Assembly: GCA_051362555.1 (NCBI GenBank)
Contig: CM120640.1
Span: 28,110,503-28,174,502 of the forward strand
DNA: 64,000 bases
Origin: Lingula anatina
Taxonomy: Eukaryota; Animalia; Brachiopoda
Direction of reading: 5' to 3'
The notes under the pieces are model-generated. The model was not told the DNA's origin. It saw only the letters and a program-made list of their open reading frames with translations, and did no database searches. Of the stretch, positions 48,486 to 61,405 are shown piece after piece. Position 1 is the stretch's first letter, and each line of letters begins with the position of its first letter. Both the position numbers and the translations under genes were made by a program.

Positions 48486-51400
48486 ATGGACAGGTAAGTT
48501 TTTTTTTTTTGTTGTTGTTGTTGTTTTTTTTTTCAACTCTGTTTTCTAACAGAAATATAGCAAGTATACTCTTTGCAGAAAAAAAATTGAAAGATTTTTA
48601 ATTGGTTATTTGAAAGCTGCACCCAGTTTCTGGCCAGCATGTGTTTTTCAGTTTTATAATGATAGGGTAAACATACGTTTGAAATTTAAGGCCAGATATC
48701 ATATGTAAATTTACATAAACCCCAGCACTACTATGCATTATTGTAATTAATATTTATTAGAGTACATAATAGAGATGATGTCAAAATCCATAAGCAATAC
48801 AATGTAACCTTGGCACCTAAGCCTCTGTGTTTGCATATTCATAGATTTTTATTTTCCTTTCGACCTTTTCCAATGTTAATTCAGACTTTTCAGGACAAAA
48901 GTAGTCAGAAGGGGTTATGATTCTTACCAACAATAGTTTTTGTTTACATAAGCCAGTGTACAAGAACTATTCAGACTTCTCACTGTTTGCTGTGTGTGTG
49001 CATGTATTTTGCTAGTGGGTCTGGAAAGCAAATCAATAAGCAATGTCCAAGGTCAAAAGCTGGAGTTGGGATCTGTTGTTATAGAAAAGTAGAGTATATG
49101 GCATCCTTTATTTTCATAAAAGATCAATATATTCAGTCATTCTGTGAAATTCAAATCCTTCAAGCTGACTTTTTCTGGTTTCAGTTCCTGTTTCCTCTAT
49201 GTATTAATTTAGATGTGTTTTTTATTTGTTATTAGTTATTTGTCTCAATCCCTTTAATGACCAGGTTTTGAAACATTTGTTTTGGAAAATAGCACAAAAG
49301 AATAATGTTAAATAGATTAATTTAGAGGGAAAACATCATGTACATAATACTTGGTATCTTTGTTTCTTTATTTTTCTAATTTGCATAAAATATTATGATA
49401 ATTTATCATTACTTCTTAAGCTTTTAGACTGATAAAACATTACATTTTTTAGAATCACAGCAGGCCGTTAGCCATTGTAATATGTTATTCAAAGAATATT
49501 GCCAGCAGAATTATCGAGCTAATGTGTAATTAACCAAAATAATTAGTTTAATAATGTTCCTCTTGGCACTCTCTTGTTTCTGTTAGTGGTTAATTCACTC
49601 AGAGGATAGTAGATCAATTTTTTTGTGTGGAAGCCACAGGTCTAGATGGTGCATCACATAAAAAATCAATAGAAGAATGAGGCAAAGTCCATTAAGGGAC
49701 TGAGTGTATGCTTTTATTATGGTTTATTTGAATAGGGACATTGATTGATATCAAATAAGGCATGGAGTTATTTTATTGACAACTTAGTGGCAGCAAACAG
49801 ATTTTTGTTCATAATATGTTATAAAGCATTTGAGGTATCCAGGACGCCCAGCACTCAAGTAAAGATTAATCACGCAAAGGTGTTGGAAGTTTGTAATTTG
49901 TATGTTAGGAGTTATCATTGGTGGCAGGCATTGAAGTAAAAATATGGATGTTTATATCAGGTAGGATTGCAAACCTCTCTGCTGGGATGCCCATTTCCTC
50001 ACCAGTGCTTAGCGAGGTTATTTGTAACTGTAGCTAAGCAGTAAGATAACGGCATATGTCAGGATGAATTTGCATCTTTATTACCAATTCCTTTCATGTT
50101 TTGCGCCCTTGGTGTTGATGATCTGGCTTGCCTTAAAGATAAAGTATTATAATAGCTGTGGAGAAGTGAGCCAGTAGGGTAGAATGAGAGAAGGATCTCT
50201 GCTGTTAAGATGGGTGATATGTACCTCTGGTAGGTTAGTTTTTTCTCTGGGGACATTCTAGAGAATTTGTAGTTTTTTTTGTCTGAAGCAGAATTATAAC
50301 AAAATCAATCATAAATATGTGTTATTAATCAAATGTTTTTTTTAATCAAAAGTAAATCAAATTTAGCATTTAAGACAGCATTTTACCTGCTTTTTCTAGC
50401 CTCTTTTAACTATGTTGTTGGTTGACTAAAGGCTAGTGCCTGGTCTTAAATTTTGGTATGGAAAACAATAACTTGAGAGCAGTGTTCAGTCTCTTTATGT
50501 ATCCTAACAAAATTGAATAACATGCTATTTTTTATTTTCCATTTGATAGTGAAAATAGTTATTTTTATTTAACATCTTGATTTTTATTTATACATTAATT
50601 TTTGAAAATAGGAATAGTGATACTTATAGGCTTGTCTAAACTCAAAAAGCTGTACAAAAAGATGAACAAAGCTGGCCAGTCACTTTTAGGGTCACGGGAC
50701 CTGGCTTTATAATTAAATAGTTAGTGTGTACAATGTACATAAAACTCTTTTCTAGATCGTTAGAAAATCAAGAACACATAGTTCCGTGTCTCAGTTTATT
50801 TCATCATTGTTAAACAAAACAAAACACATTCTGCATATAGGGGATTACTTTTTTTTTTCAGGACTCGTCTGAGTAACCTGTTCCAGACACTGGAAAAGCT
50901 CCTCGGCCACCGTCCTTCACGCAGAGACCCAGAGGAGGTCCAACAGCTCAGGTTTACCACCACTAAGATACTACAGTTTGTCAGCTCCCAAGGTAAGATA
51001 TAAGGACAAATTATTCCCTGCTGATTTTCCTTCCATTGACTCAACTTCAAAATTATGCAGCAATTGAAGTGTTTGTGAATCTTATATTTAGTCTTTGTCT
51101 TAAGACAAACAAAATTGCCTTCAACCAGTTTATCAAAATCTGCACTCCAATTTACAGAACTGGATTTTATATATATATATATATATATTTTTCATTTAGA
51201 AAAAACCCACCGTGATGCTGTGTTAAAGCACAGTGAATACTTAGACAGTTTAGTCACAATATTAGAGGTGGCCGAAGATGTGGCAGTCACACAGAATGTT
51301 GTCTACATACTAGCAGAACTGATAGGAAAGACAGGTGAGTTATGTAAGATACTAAAGGCAAAATAGCTCACATATTACCCAAGGCATTTTATGGTTAACT

Positions 51401-54400
51401 TTTTTTATCAGTGTTCATATTGTAGGCATAATACAGTTCAGTTAAGGATATATTACATATTATTTAAGTCTTAAATCGACCAGTGCTGGAACTACTCAGT
51501 TAAAAAAAATGGCCAGTCACACACAGTGCAAAGAGGAAGGCTTAAGCTGGCAAACTTTTTTATTTGTTCTTGGCCTACCAGTGCTATGATAAGACATTGT
51601 CATGTAATTAATCATCATAAATAATGTCATCATACACCTGCATGTTTACATACTGCTTTACAATCAAGTAAGCAAATTTACTTTGATGATATTATCAGCC
51701 TGAACATTTGTTTGACATATTTGTAGCTTCTGGTAAGAAAGCAGGTACTCTAGTCAGTAATGGGGCCACCCAGGGATTGTTTGCTGCACTCACGGGGGAG
51801 TGGAAGGAAACCCAACCAAATGAAGAACTGTTGTTGTCAATACACCACCTTTTAGCTAAATTAGGACCTAAAGGTACAGATTTAATTTTATGGCTTATTT
51901 GACTGTAAAACTTTTCACAAAAATTTTTCAAGATTTTTTTATCTACTTGTTCTCTCATTTTGAAATGTGATTAAAAATGTACGTAAAATGTAATTAAGAG
52001 CATGATGTGCATTTGACAAATATTTGTAGATATTATTTGTAAATACTTCTTATGGCCACCCAGAGTGGTTCTGATATCACCGCCTAAAATATTCTGGTAT
52101 TGTTCATAGATCGTAAGTTTGGAGTGAAAGCGAGATTAAGCCAAGCCTTGCCAGTAACCTTAGGCTTACTAAGAAACCACACCAGTAGTACAAGGGTCCT
52201 CCAAGCAGTGCTGCCAGTACTCAAATTATACTCTAACAATGGTACGTGCATTGATGTTGAAAGTAGATGTTGACTTAGTTTTTATTGAGGTTTGAGAGAA
52301 GACTGAATCCCAATGCTAAATGAACCCAATATTTGGTTGTATTATTTACTTGAGCAAATAGAAACATAGTTAAGATTTGTCTCATGAAAGATTTTGGAAA
52401 ATAAAGGAAACTTCTCAGTATATTACATATGATTTTCATGTTTCTTTCTTTTCATTGCAAAAAAAATTTCTTCCATGACATAATTTTATCAGTTTAATTT
52501 GACATGTATAAAAGTCTCTTTGAAGTAAGGTCAGGCCGTCCTCATGCCTTGCAAATGTATTTATTTTATTTTATTGTATTTGTTTATTTATTTATATATT
52601 TATTGTTTGTTTATTTCCAGCTGTGAATGCTTCTTATTTGGGGAAGAATGGTGCTGTCAGTTACCTGTTCAGGGTGATCACATCATGTGGAAAGAAACAT
52701 CTGTCCATGTTGAAGTTGACATTAGATTCTCTGGTATTACTGGTTAAGTCAAGTGAGTAAGAAACAAGGGGGTCAAAATTTAATTGTAGAGAAGAGATAT
52801 TCTTTATGTGATATGGCTGTCCATTTAAGATTTCATTGTATTTTTTTTACAGAATTAATTTTTCAAAAATATTTTACAGACATATTATGATAACTGTTTT
52901 GATATAATTGTGTTACTGGTAATATAAAGTAAGAATTGAACAATCAAAAGTTCTAGATATAAGAGGTATTTTAACTGAGAAAGAAAATGTACCTTACTGG
53001 ATAAGGCTTTTAGACAGAAAAGGGTTTTTAAGATAATTTTTGACACTTTTTCCATGCATATATTTGTGAATTAATTGTACCACCAGCGTTAGCGCTGGCG
53101 GTACACATGGTTTCGGTCCCGTCCGGATCGTTCCGCCGGCTCCGTTGGCTCCGCCGGCTCCGCCGGACGGCTACCGTTACCGCTTCTCCTCCTAGACGGT
53201 AAGGGCCCCCGTACCCATCTCATGGATTTAGGTCACCTATAATCTCAACTCGTTCCAAGTAAAATTTGGGCTTTGTCGGTATTGGGGTCTGGGTGTGGCA
53301 CTCATTGCAATGCACCCTTGTCTAAAAATGGCAAAATTAAATGCTAATTATCTACCCTACGGAAGGAGTTATGGGAAAAATTTCTATAGACGGCTTTCCA
53401 AAAGTCATATGTGTAGATTTCAAATATACCCTTGGATTTGACCTTTGACCTTTACTTCAAGGTCAAATGGGCCAAAATTTTCAAAAAAATGAAATTTTTT
53501 ATGAAAAAAATTTTTTTTGCCCTGTTATTCAGACACCACACAGACTTAACCAATAATATTATTGGAAGGTGTTACCCTTCAGGTCATCTTTCATCTCCAT
53601 GAATTTGGGGTCAATCGGTGCATTTTCACGGGAGTAGCGGCCATAAGATACCGAAACTGAAAACTGTCTCTAATTCGGGAACCGTTAATGCTAGAGACCC
53701 ATTCTTTTTTGCATTTTGTAGAGCATGTAAAGCCCAACACTGGAGGTGGTCTCGGTTTTTTTGTATTCCATACGGTTTTCGAGTTACGCTGTATCAAAAA
53801 GTACATATTGGTGGTAAAAGCAAAATGTGCAGTACGGTAATGGATAATAAATTTTGAACTCTGGAAAAATAAAACATAAGGCTTGGCAAAGCAGACAACT
53901 TGTGTTCAAAAATGACATTATTTCATCAAATATGAACTTCTGAAACTTCAGAGCACCTCCTATTTCAAGAATTTTGACCAAAATGACATTTTCTTTATTT
54001 TAATTAATTTTTTCTGTACGAAATTTAAGGCACATTATGGTAACTCCAAAATTATAACATTTAGTCCCTTATATCTCCAAAACTGGCAGAGATAGGTCCA
54101 AAGTTACTATTGAAGTTGAATAGGAAGTCATATACTGGCAATCTTACTATGACCTTGAAAGTGACCTTTGACCTACTTTTCACCATGAACTGAACTTTGC
54201 AAATTTTTCTTCCCTTTTATCTCCAAAACTGGCAGAGATAGGTCCATAGTAACTATTGAAGTTGAATAGGAAGTCATATACTGGCAATCTTACTATGACC
54301 TTGAAAGTGACCTTTGACCTACTTTTCACCATGAACTGAACTTTGCAAATTTTTCTTCCCTTTTATCTCCAAAACTGGCAGAGATAGGTCCATAGTTACT

Positions 54401-57400
54401 ATTGAACTTGAATAGGAAGTCATATACTGGCAATCTAAATGTGACCTTAAAATTGACCTTTGACCTACTTTTCACCATAAACTGAACTTTGCAAAATTTG
54501 CTTCCCTTTTATCTCCAAAACTGGCAGAGATAGGTCCATAGTTACTATTGAACTTGAATAGGAAGTCATATACTGGCAATCTAAATGTGACCTTAAAATT
54601 GACCTTTGACCTACTTTACACCATGAACTGAATTTTGCAAATTTTGCTTTCCTTTTATCTCCAAAACTGGCTGAGATAGGTCCGTAGTTACTATTGAACT
54701 TGAATAGGAAGTCATATACTGGCAATCTAAATGTGACCTCAAAATTGACCTTTGACCTACTTTTCACCATAAACTGAACTTTGCAAATTTTGCTTCCCTT
54801 TTATCTCCAAAACTGGCAGAGATAGGTCCATAGTTACTATTGAACTTGAATAGGAAGTCATATACTGGCAATCTAAATGTGACCTTAAAATTGACCTTTG
54901 ACCTACTTTACACCATAAACTGAATTTTGCAAATTTTGCTTTCCTTTTATCTCCAAAACTGGCTGAGATAGGTCCGTAGTTACTATTGAACTTGAATAGG
55001 AAGTCATATACTGGCATTATAAATGTGACATTAAAATTGACCTTTGTCCTACTTTTCACCATAAACTGAACTTTGCAAATTTTGCTTTCCTTTTATCTCC
55101 AAAACTGGCAGAGATAGGTCCATAGTTACTATTGAACTTGAATAGAAAGTCATATACTGGCAATCTAAATGTGACCTTGAAATTGACCTTTGACCTACTT
55201 TTTATCATGAACTGAACTCTGCTAATTTCTTTCTCTTTTAACTTCAAACTTGACAGAGATAGGTCCATAGTTACTCTTGAACTTGAATAGGAAGTCATAT
55301 ACTGGCAATTTACTGTGACCTTGAAATTGACCCTTGACCTACCTTACGAAGAACTTAAATTTGATTGTACCATATATATTTTTTGCAATAGTTTAAAAAT
55401 TCTTGTTGATTGCATTTTTACAGCTTGTCAAGCACAAAACTGGTGGCTATGTCCCTTATTTTGTGTATGTGGGGGTCTATACGAATGCGCTTGCTCCAGC
55501 TGGTGGTACAATATTCGGAGGCGGTATCGCCTCTCTGATCCTCTAGTTCTTTGATGCATAGAACAAACAGAGCAAATAGTATGTTGCCTGAAAATCATAA
55601 ATGCTCAGCTAAAAGTAAGAATGCCAGGAAGCTATTTTTATGGAAAGTATTATATGCTGCACATACTAAATTCACTTTATATTCACAGAGAGTAACTCAG
55701 CGAGAGCCATTGGGCAAGGAGGAGTCCCCATGTTACTGAACATGTTCTCTGATTGGCACAGGGGAGACAGCAAAAACAGGCACATTGCGCTACGGAAAGC
55801 TGTGCTGAATGTACTCAAGCATATCACAAATCTCAGTAAGGAGTTCTTGTTTAACTTTTGGATACAAGCCTTGCCAAACTCATTTTTACTATCTAGACTA
55901 TTGATATTGAAAGATTACCATTTTTTATTTAAGAAGAAATTATCAATGGAGAGTAATATATTGATCAGAATCATGTAATTTTTTGTGATGTTTCTCTCAT
56001 AGATAGTTTCATACAAAACAAATTATGTATCATATAATTCATATAAAATAATAATATCTATTGGGACTTACAAAACTAAACAACCTGTCCTAAACTATAC
56101 TGCTCACTTTTGTTTTTTCCTCTGCTTTTAACAGAATCTGGTCGCCACGCATTCATCCAGGCAGACGGCATCCGTATTCTGTACAGTGCCTGTCAAGAGA
56201 GCATCAACTGCCGTGACCTGGAGCAGGTGATCTTCATCTCCAGCCTCATCATGCGCAAGTGTTTTCCAAAGAATCGTCTTCCAGTCGCCAGTATCCGCAG
56301 CGTTCTCACCTGTCCCCTGCCTGAAAGCGACTTTCACATTCCAGAGTTTATGATGCTCAACGATGGTATGTTGGCAGTTGTGCTGGAGAACAGTTGTAAT
56401 GATAAAAATGAGTTTTGATGATTGGGAATGCTTTATTTTAGAAAACCATTATGCTCCATTGTTTTTTAAAATTTGATTTTTATATCTTCTCTAAAATGGG
56501 GTGTGGTTTGGGTTGTTAAGTATGAACTATAAGTTTTTGTATTGGATTATATTGTCTGCATATTTTTAGTTATTAAAATTTGTACTCCTAGTTGAACAAA
56601 TTTTCACACTCTGCAAATTTTCAGTAATACCACTATGGTAACTTTTCCTTTTATGTTCAATAGGTGGCGACAACGGCAGTGAAAACAGTTCACTGGATAA
56701 TGATGATGACATCAGCAGTGATGATGATACTGAAGCCAGTAAATTACAAACTGAAGTGAGTTGATTTTTAAAAAATCTTCATGTTTTTTTTCCTGTTGTT
56801 GTTGTTCTTTTTACAGTACTAACACTGGTAGCATAAATAAAACACTAATATTGTGTCACATGTTGTCATCAACTGGCACTACGTGGTAAAGGACAAATTT
56901 GCACATTGTCAAGCAGTTATCCCAGGTTTTTTTTTATCAAAACTGAACTGGAGGAAGTGGGAGTTATAACATTATAATTGCTTTGTGAAAGCATTCATTG
57001 TTGCTCCGCTGATTAATGCTTGACATTCTGACAGATGGAGGACCCAATCAGGAGACATCAGTTATTACAGGAGATTTATGATGAGCTGGCTGTGAGTATC
57101 AAGCCTGGTTGGGCTGCTTGTTGCCTTGGATTTTTCTCACTGATTCTTGCCTGAATGTATACATATATATATATGTACATGTGTCCCTGCTTTTGCATAA
57201 ATGCATATGTACCCTTGCTGCCTGGTATGGCCTATATGGATATATATGTGCATCTGATTTTGCAGTCTGAAAAGGCCTGCTTACATGTATTTACACACAA
57301 ATAGTTTGGAAATGTTACATCTACAGCTGTGCTGTAAAGAAATACATAAAATGTTCTTAAAATGGCGATTGGAATGCTGAACTATGAATAGTATTGCTTG

Positions 57401-59933
57401 CATGTAGAATCACCGACTCCTGAGTTAAGTTTGTGTCCTGAATCTATTACTATTGATTTAGTGCATGCTCTTGATATCTGATATGAATCTGCTTCAAAAT
57501 GTTGCATGTCTCCCTTTAAAGTTTACATCCTCGGCATATTTGCTTTGATTTTCATCTGCTACCTAGGATTCCTAAGTGTGTAAAAGTATTTTATTTCCTC
57601 TGTCTCACCACATTGGTAATCGTGTGGTTAAATTTTGCCAAATTGCATTTGATGGAGTGGTATCCTGCTCTAGGCTGGTGGCCAGATCAGACTGCAGTGG
57701 TTACTAGTGTACTTTTTATTATAGAGGAGAGGTCAATGGATATTTTACATGTTCAAAAAATTGTATTTTCTGAATGTCATTACTTCCTTTTATTGGTGGA
57801 CCTTTGGATCCAAAAGGAACATATTTGTTAGAACATTAACCATTTTACATGAATGTTTTTAAAGTTTTTTTTTGTTTAGAAATTTAGCTCAGTGACAATG
57901 TCGTATTCCTTACTTCTTGATATCAGTTTTTAAGCATAAAATATGTATTTTTCAGGCAGAACAGGTTCCTGAATTTGGTGCTGAACTACCATATGAGAGA
58001 TCTGCTGAAGATTTGTCCTTATCGTATGACAAATTTTTCCCTGAGATGTTTGAATTTGAGGTAAGTATAATATTTCTTCATACACTGCAAAATGCATTAG
58101 GAGTTAGCAAAAACTTTTTAAAAGAAGATAGTTAAGATTATTAGAAATTGTGAATAAAATACCCAGAGAAAACTTATTTTTGTAACTTGCAGCAGCCATA
58201 GGAAAATTAAGCTGTATTGAAAGCATGCTTGTGTCAACTAAGGAAACTAGGAATTATTTTTCATTGTCTGTTATTCATTTCACAGATTCAAGAAGAGGAG
58301 GAAGAGGAATTGACATTATCCAGGAACTTCTACACAAGTAGTGGTCTGATGTCTGGACTTCCTAGACACAGCTTCTCTGAGACAGCACTGGAGGAGCTGA
58401 TACATCAGATGCCCCGCTCCAGTCGCCACAGCTTGCATAGTCTACGCAGAACTTCCGAACTCTGTGACTCATTCAACAATCTTCAAATGGGCCAAGGGAG
58501 GGATACAGAGAGTGGTGCTGATGTTGCTTCCTACAGCTCTTCATCATCAAGACTTTTAAACAGACCGACTGCAGTTGAACCCAGGCTTACTGCCGGGGCA
58601 TCGGATAACAGCTCAGAAGATAGTGCTAGTGCGGTGAATGTAAGAACTGGTGCCAGTGTGTTTAGGCTTGATATTTCTCCACCGAGAGCTTCCAAATGTG
58701 GCCCCACTCTCAGGGCTAAGAGTGCCAGCAAAGGTGGCAGACAAAAGGCTTCCAAAGGATCCAAGCAGCAGTCTCAGGGGGGTAGGAAAGGGAAGGGGAA
58801 ACCCAGTGGTAAACCTAATGCAAGAGAAGTTCTAGAGCTGGATCTTGAATGGAACAGCACTGCACCGTTGTCCATTACAAGAATGACCACCCCAAGTGAA
58901 CTGAACGCGTCTGATGAATTCCTGGACTCTGCTGGCTCAGAGTACATGGTAGAAGAAGGTATGTCGAGCCAGACTGATAGGTAGATAATAATTTGAAACA
59001 CTTAGGTTTAGGTATATTGCAAAGATTCTTGTTATCTTTCCCACCATGAAAATTTAAGTACAGTATATTTAAAAAATTGCTAGATGAGGGAAATGTGATA
59101 CTTGAAATTTTGCCTTGCAAAGTGGGAAAAAATGCCAAGCAGATTATAAAAGCATCAGTTTTCGTATTAACATGCATTTAACTTGGGCTTGGTTGTGATT
59201 TTTGCATCATATTTGTCTGTGACAGGAACAGCCTTTGATGGTCCAGAAATCTACTCAGACATGGCCTGCAGAACTAAGAGTGTGGGAAGGTTTAACAAAC
59301 TTGCCTATCCAGAGCTCCATGGCTGCAAACCTGTACCTTATGGGGAGCCACTGTTTGAGAAAAAGTTTGGGATACAAAGGTATCTGTGAATGTTTTGGTA
59401 ATTCAGAAATATGATTTTGATTGTAAATGAAAAGATTAAGAAAACATGTTTGTTTTGTAGGTAGCCCTGTTCAGACTGGTTTTATAATATTAATTACATG
59501 CTCGGTATTTTGTACACCAAGATGCCAGGTTCCCGTGGACAGTTACAGTCTCGTGTGACTGTGGTGATTTGACTTAGTCACGTAGTGATTACTTCAGACA
59601 CTTGGTTTTGATATTCTGAAAGCTGCCCTAAGATATGGTTTAGTGCATCTCCTGATACTTTGCCAGGCTGTACATGTACCAGAAATATCCTCTGCTATAA
59701 AAATTACTGTAAGTGTAGGCTGAATGTTCATCTACTAAAAAATAAACATTTTTGATAGTTTCATAATTTCTATTTTTGTGTTTAAGGCAAAAGATATTTG
59801 AAGATATAGACCGTATGATCAACCCAGACCAGCTGTTAGATAAAGTTGTTTATGACTTGGACACCATAGTCAGACTGGCCGGCTCCATGTACAGCACTCA
59901 CTACTCCAATCTGAAGAATATGGATGAACAGAG
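48486..59933 (+). CDS. AGTPBP1: Cytosolic carboxypeptidase 1 (AGTPBP1/Nna1, CCP1/CCP4 family), partial; catalytic domain lies beyond the right edge. Exons: 48486-48493, 50862-50992, 51200-51334, 51727-51873, 52110-52241, 52621-52752, 55689-55835, 56135-56365, 56664-56755, (57035-57091), 57956-58060, 58286-58958, 59226-59379, 59787-59933
   Basis: ARM-like N-terminus with LLAKLGPKDRKFGVKAR, AVNASYLGKNG, DWHRGDSKNRHIALRK, MRKCFPKNRLP, acidic linker, YDKFFPE, KLAYPE, QRQKIFEDIDRMINPDQLLDKVVYDLD - motifs recognised from vertebrate AGTPBP1. Start codon (MDR..) is inferred from phase. Confidence 0.9.
53075..55547 (+). mobile_element. Helentron-associated non-autonomous element, copy 2, in AGTPBP1 intron 52753-55688
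   Basis: Same termini and ~1-kb core as 29517-32861 with only scattered substitutions; shorter array. Confidence 0.88.
54069..55343. repeat. 146-bp tandem satellite, 8 units plus diverged terminal unit
   Basis: CTCCAAAACTGG at 54075, 54221 ... 55097; variant unit at ~55243. Confidence 0.96.
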
Positions 59934-60289
59934 GTAAGAGAATTACTAACATTTTCACATTAATGATGGTGATGATTGTTGTAACATGGCATGTGACTGA
60001 TAAATGCTTCATTCTATTTCGTATAAAAATATCGGTCAGTCTTAAATGAGATATGCTTGCGCATGCGTACTCACAGTTAGCTTGTGACATGCGGCTGGGT
60101 AGTCGGCCTGAAAATAGATGCGATCTATTTCTATCAGAATTATAATCTAAAACAAACGTAGTTTGTTTGCTTAAGTTGGAAACATTTTTGCAACGGAGTT
60201 GCAATCTTTTATGCGGCATATATATTGATCTGTAACGTAGTTACACATTGTAGGCTACGAATCATTTGTGTGCCAAACTTAATTTCAAT

Positions 60290-61405
60290 ATGGCGGCCGA
60301 AAGCACGTGTAGTGCTGTTTTACCGGGCCTTTCAAAACCCGCAATAGATACATGTAAGAATAGCGAGGACGTTAAAGCAAAGAAAGTAAAAACTAGAACA
60401 GGAAAGGGGAAACTAGACGACAAAGCAAAATCTAGTCATAACAGTGATGAATATTTAACTATAATGAAAAATATACAAGAAACTGTGCAGAGACAGGAAA
60501 CGAACATTAACAGCGTCGTGGGACGCATAGATACTTTAGAGAAACAGTACCTGTATCACGATGATTATTGTGAGGAGAATTATGACTTTGATGAACAGTA
60601 TGATGAAAGATTGGAGGATGAAACATGCCCGGAGGCAGGTACTAGTAGCACAAACAGATTTGATGATATGACGAAGAGATATAAATTAATAGAGTATACA
60701 GACGTGGAAGTTGACAGTGTGTTGGCGAGTAGTGTCAATGATTTGTTCACCAATGGGATAGTAGATCATTCAAAGTATACAGAACTTACCAAAGATGAAA
60801 ATAACTCACGGCCAAAAAACTGTGAAAGTTTGGTGATAGTCAAAACCAATAAAATGGTATGGAACATTATTCCTCAATATGCCAAAACAAATGATAAGAA
60901 GTTACAGGATGTTCAAATGTCAGTTGTAAAAGCAGCTACGTTGATGACTAAAGGAATAGACAAACTGGCTAAGTTAGAAACAGGAAATGATACGAGTGAA
61001 GGGCTTGGAAAACTCATTGATATGTTCAATGACAGTATTGCTTTGCTTGGTCATGCCAATACACAGATTAACTGTTTTAGAAAGGATTTGTTAAAACCAA
61101 ACCTCAAGCCAGAGTACAAACCTTTGTGCAATCATAACATTCCGTGCACAACTTTTCTCTTTGGAGATGATATTACCAAATCTGCAAGGGAAGTGGAAGA
61201 TTCTGCGAAAATGAGTTATAAAATGATGCAGAGTAGAATGGGCTTGGATTATAGAAACCGCCCATACCAAAGGGGCCCACGATTCAGGGGACGCATGAGA
61301 GGAAGGTACAATCGTGGCCGAGGAAGTTCTTCCCAGAGGGGTGCACATGCAGATTCAAAAAAGTTCTCATGGCAAAGCAGCCAGTGGGATCAGAACAGAT
61401 ACTAG
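60290..61405 (+). CDS. DIRS ORF1, Gag-like protein
   Basis: Intronless open frame from ATG GCG (60290); coiled-coil, RPKNCESL..VKTN...W, DKKLQDVQ, ALLGHAN..IN..RKDLLKP, LFGDD and an RG-rich tail, typical of metazoan DIRS ORF1. Confidence 0.85.
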   Translation: MAAESTCSAVLPGLSKPAIDTCKNSEDVKAKKVKTRTGKGKLDDKAKSSHNSDEYLTIMKNIQETVQRQETNINSVVGRIDTLEKQYLYHDDYCEENYDFDEQYDERLEDETCPEAGTSSTNRFDDMTKRYKLIEYTDVEVDSVLASSVNDLFTNGIVDHSKYTELTKDENNSRPKNCESLVIVKTNKMVWNIIPQYAKTNDKKLQDVQMSVVKAATLMTKGIDKLAKLETGNDTSEGLGKLIDMFNDSIALLGHANTQINCFRKDLLKPNLKPEYKPLCNHNIPCTTFLFGDDITKSAREVEDSAKMSYKMMQSRMGLDYRNRPYQRGPRFRGRMRGRYNRGRGSSSQRGAHADSKKFSWQSSQWDQNRY

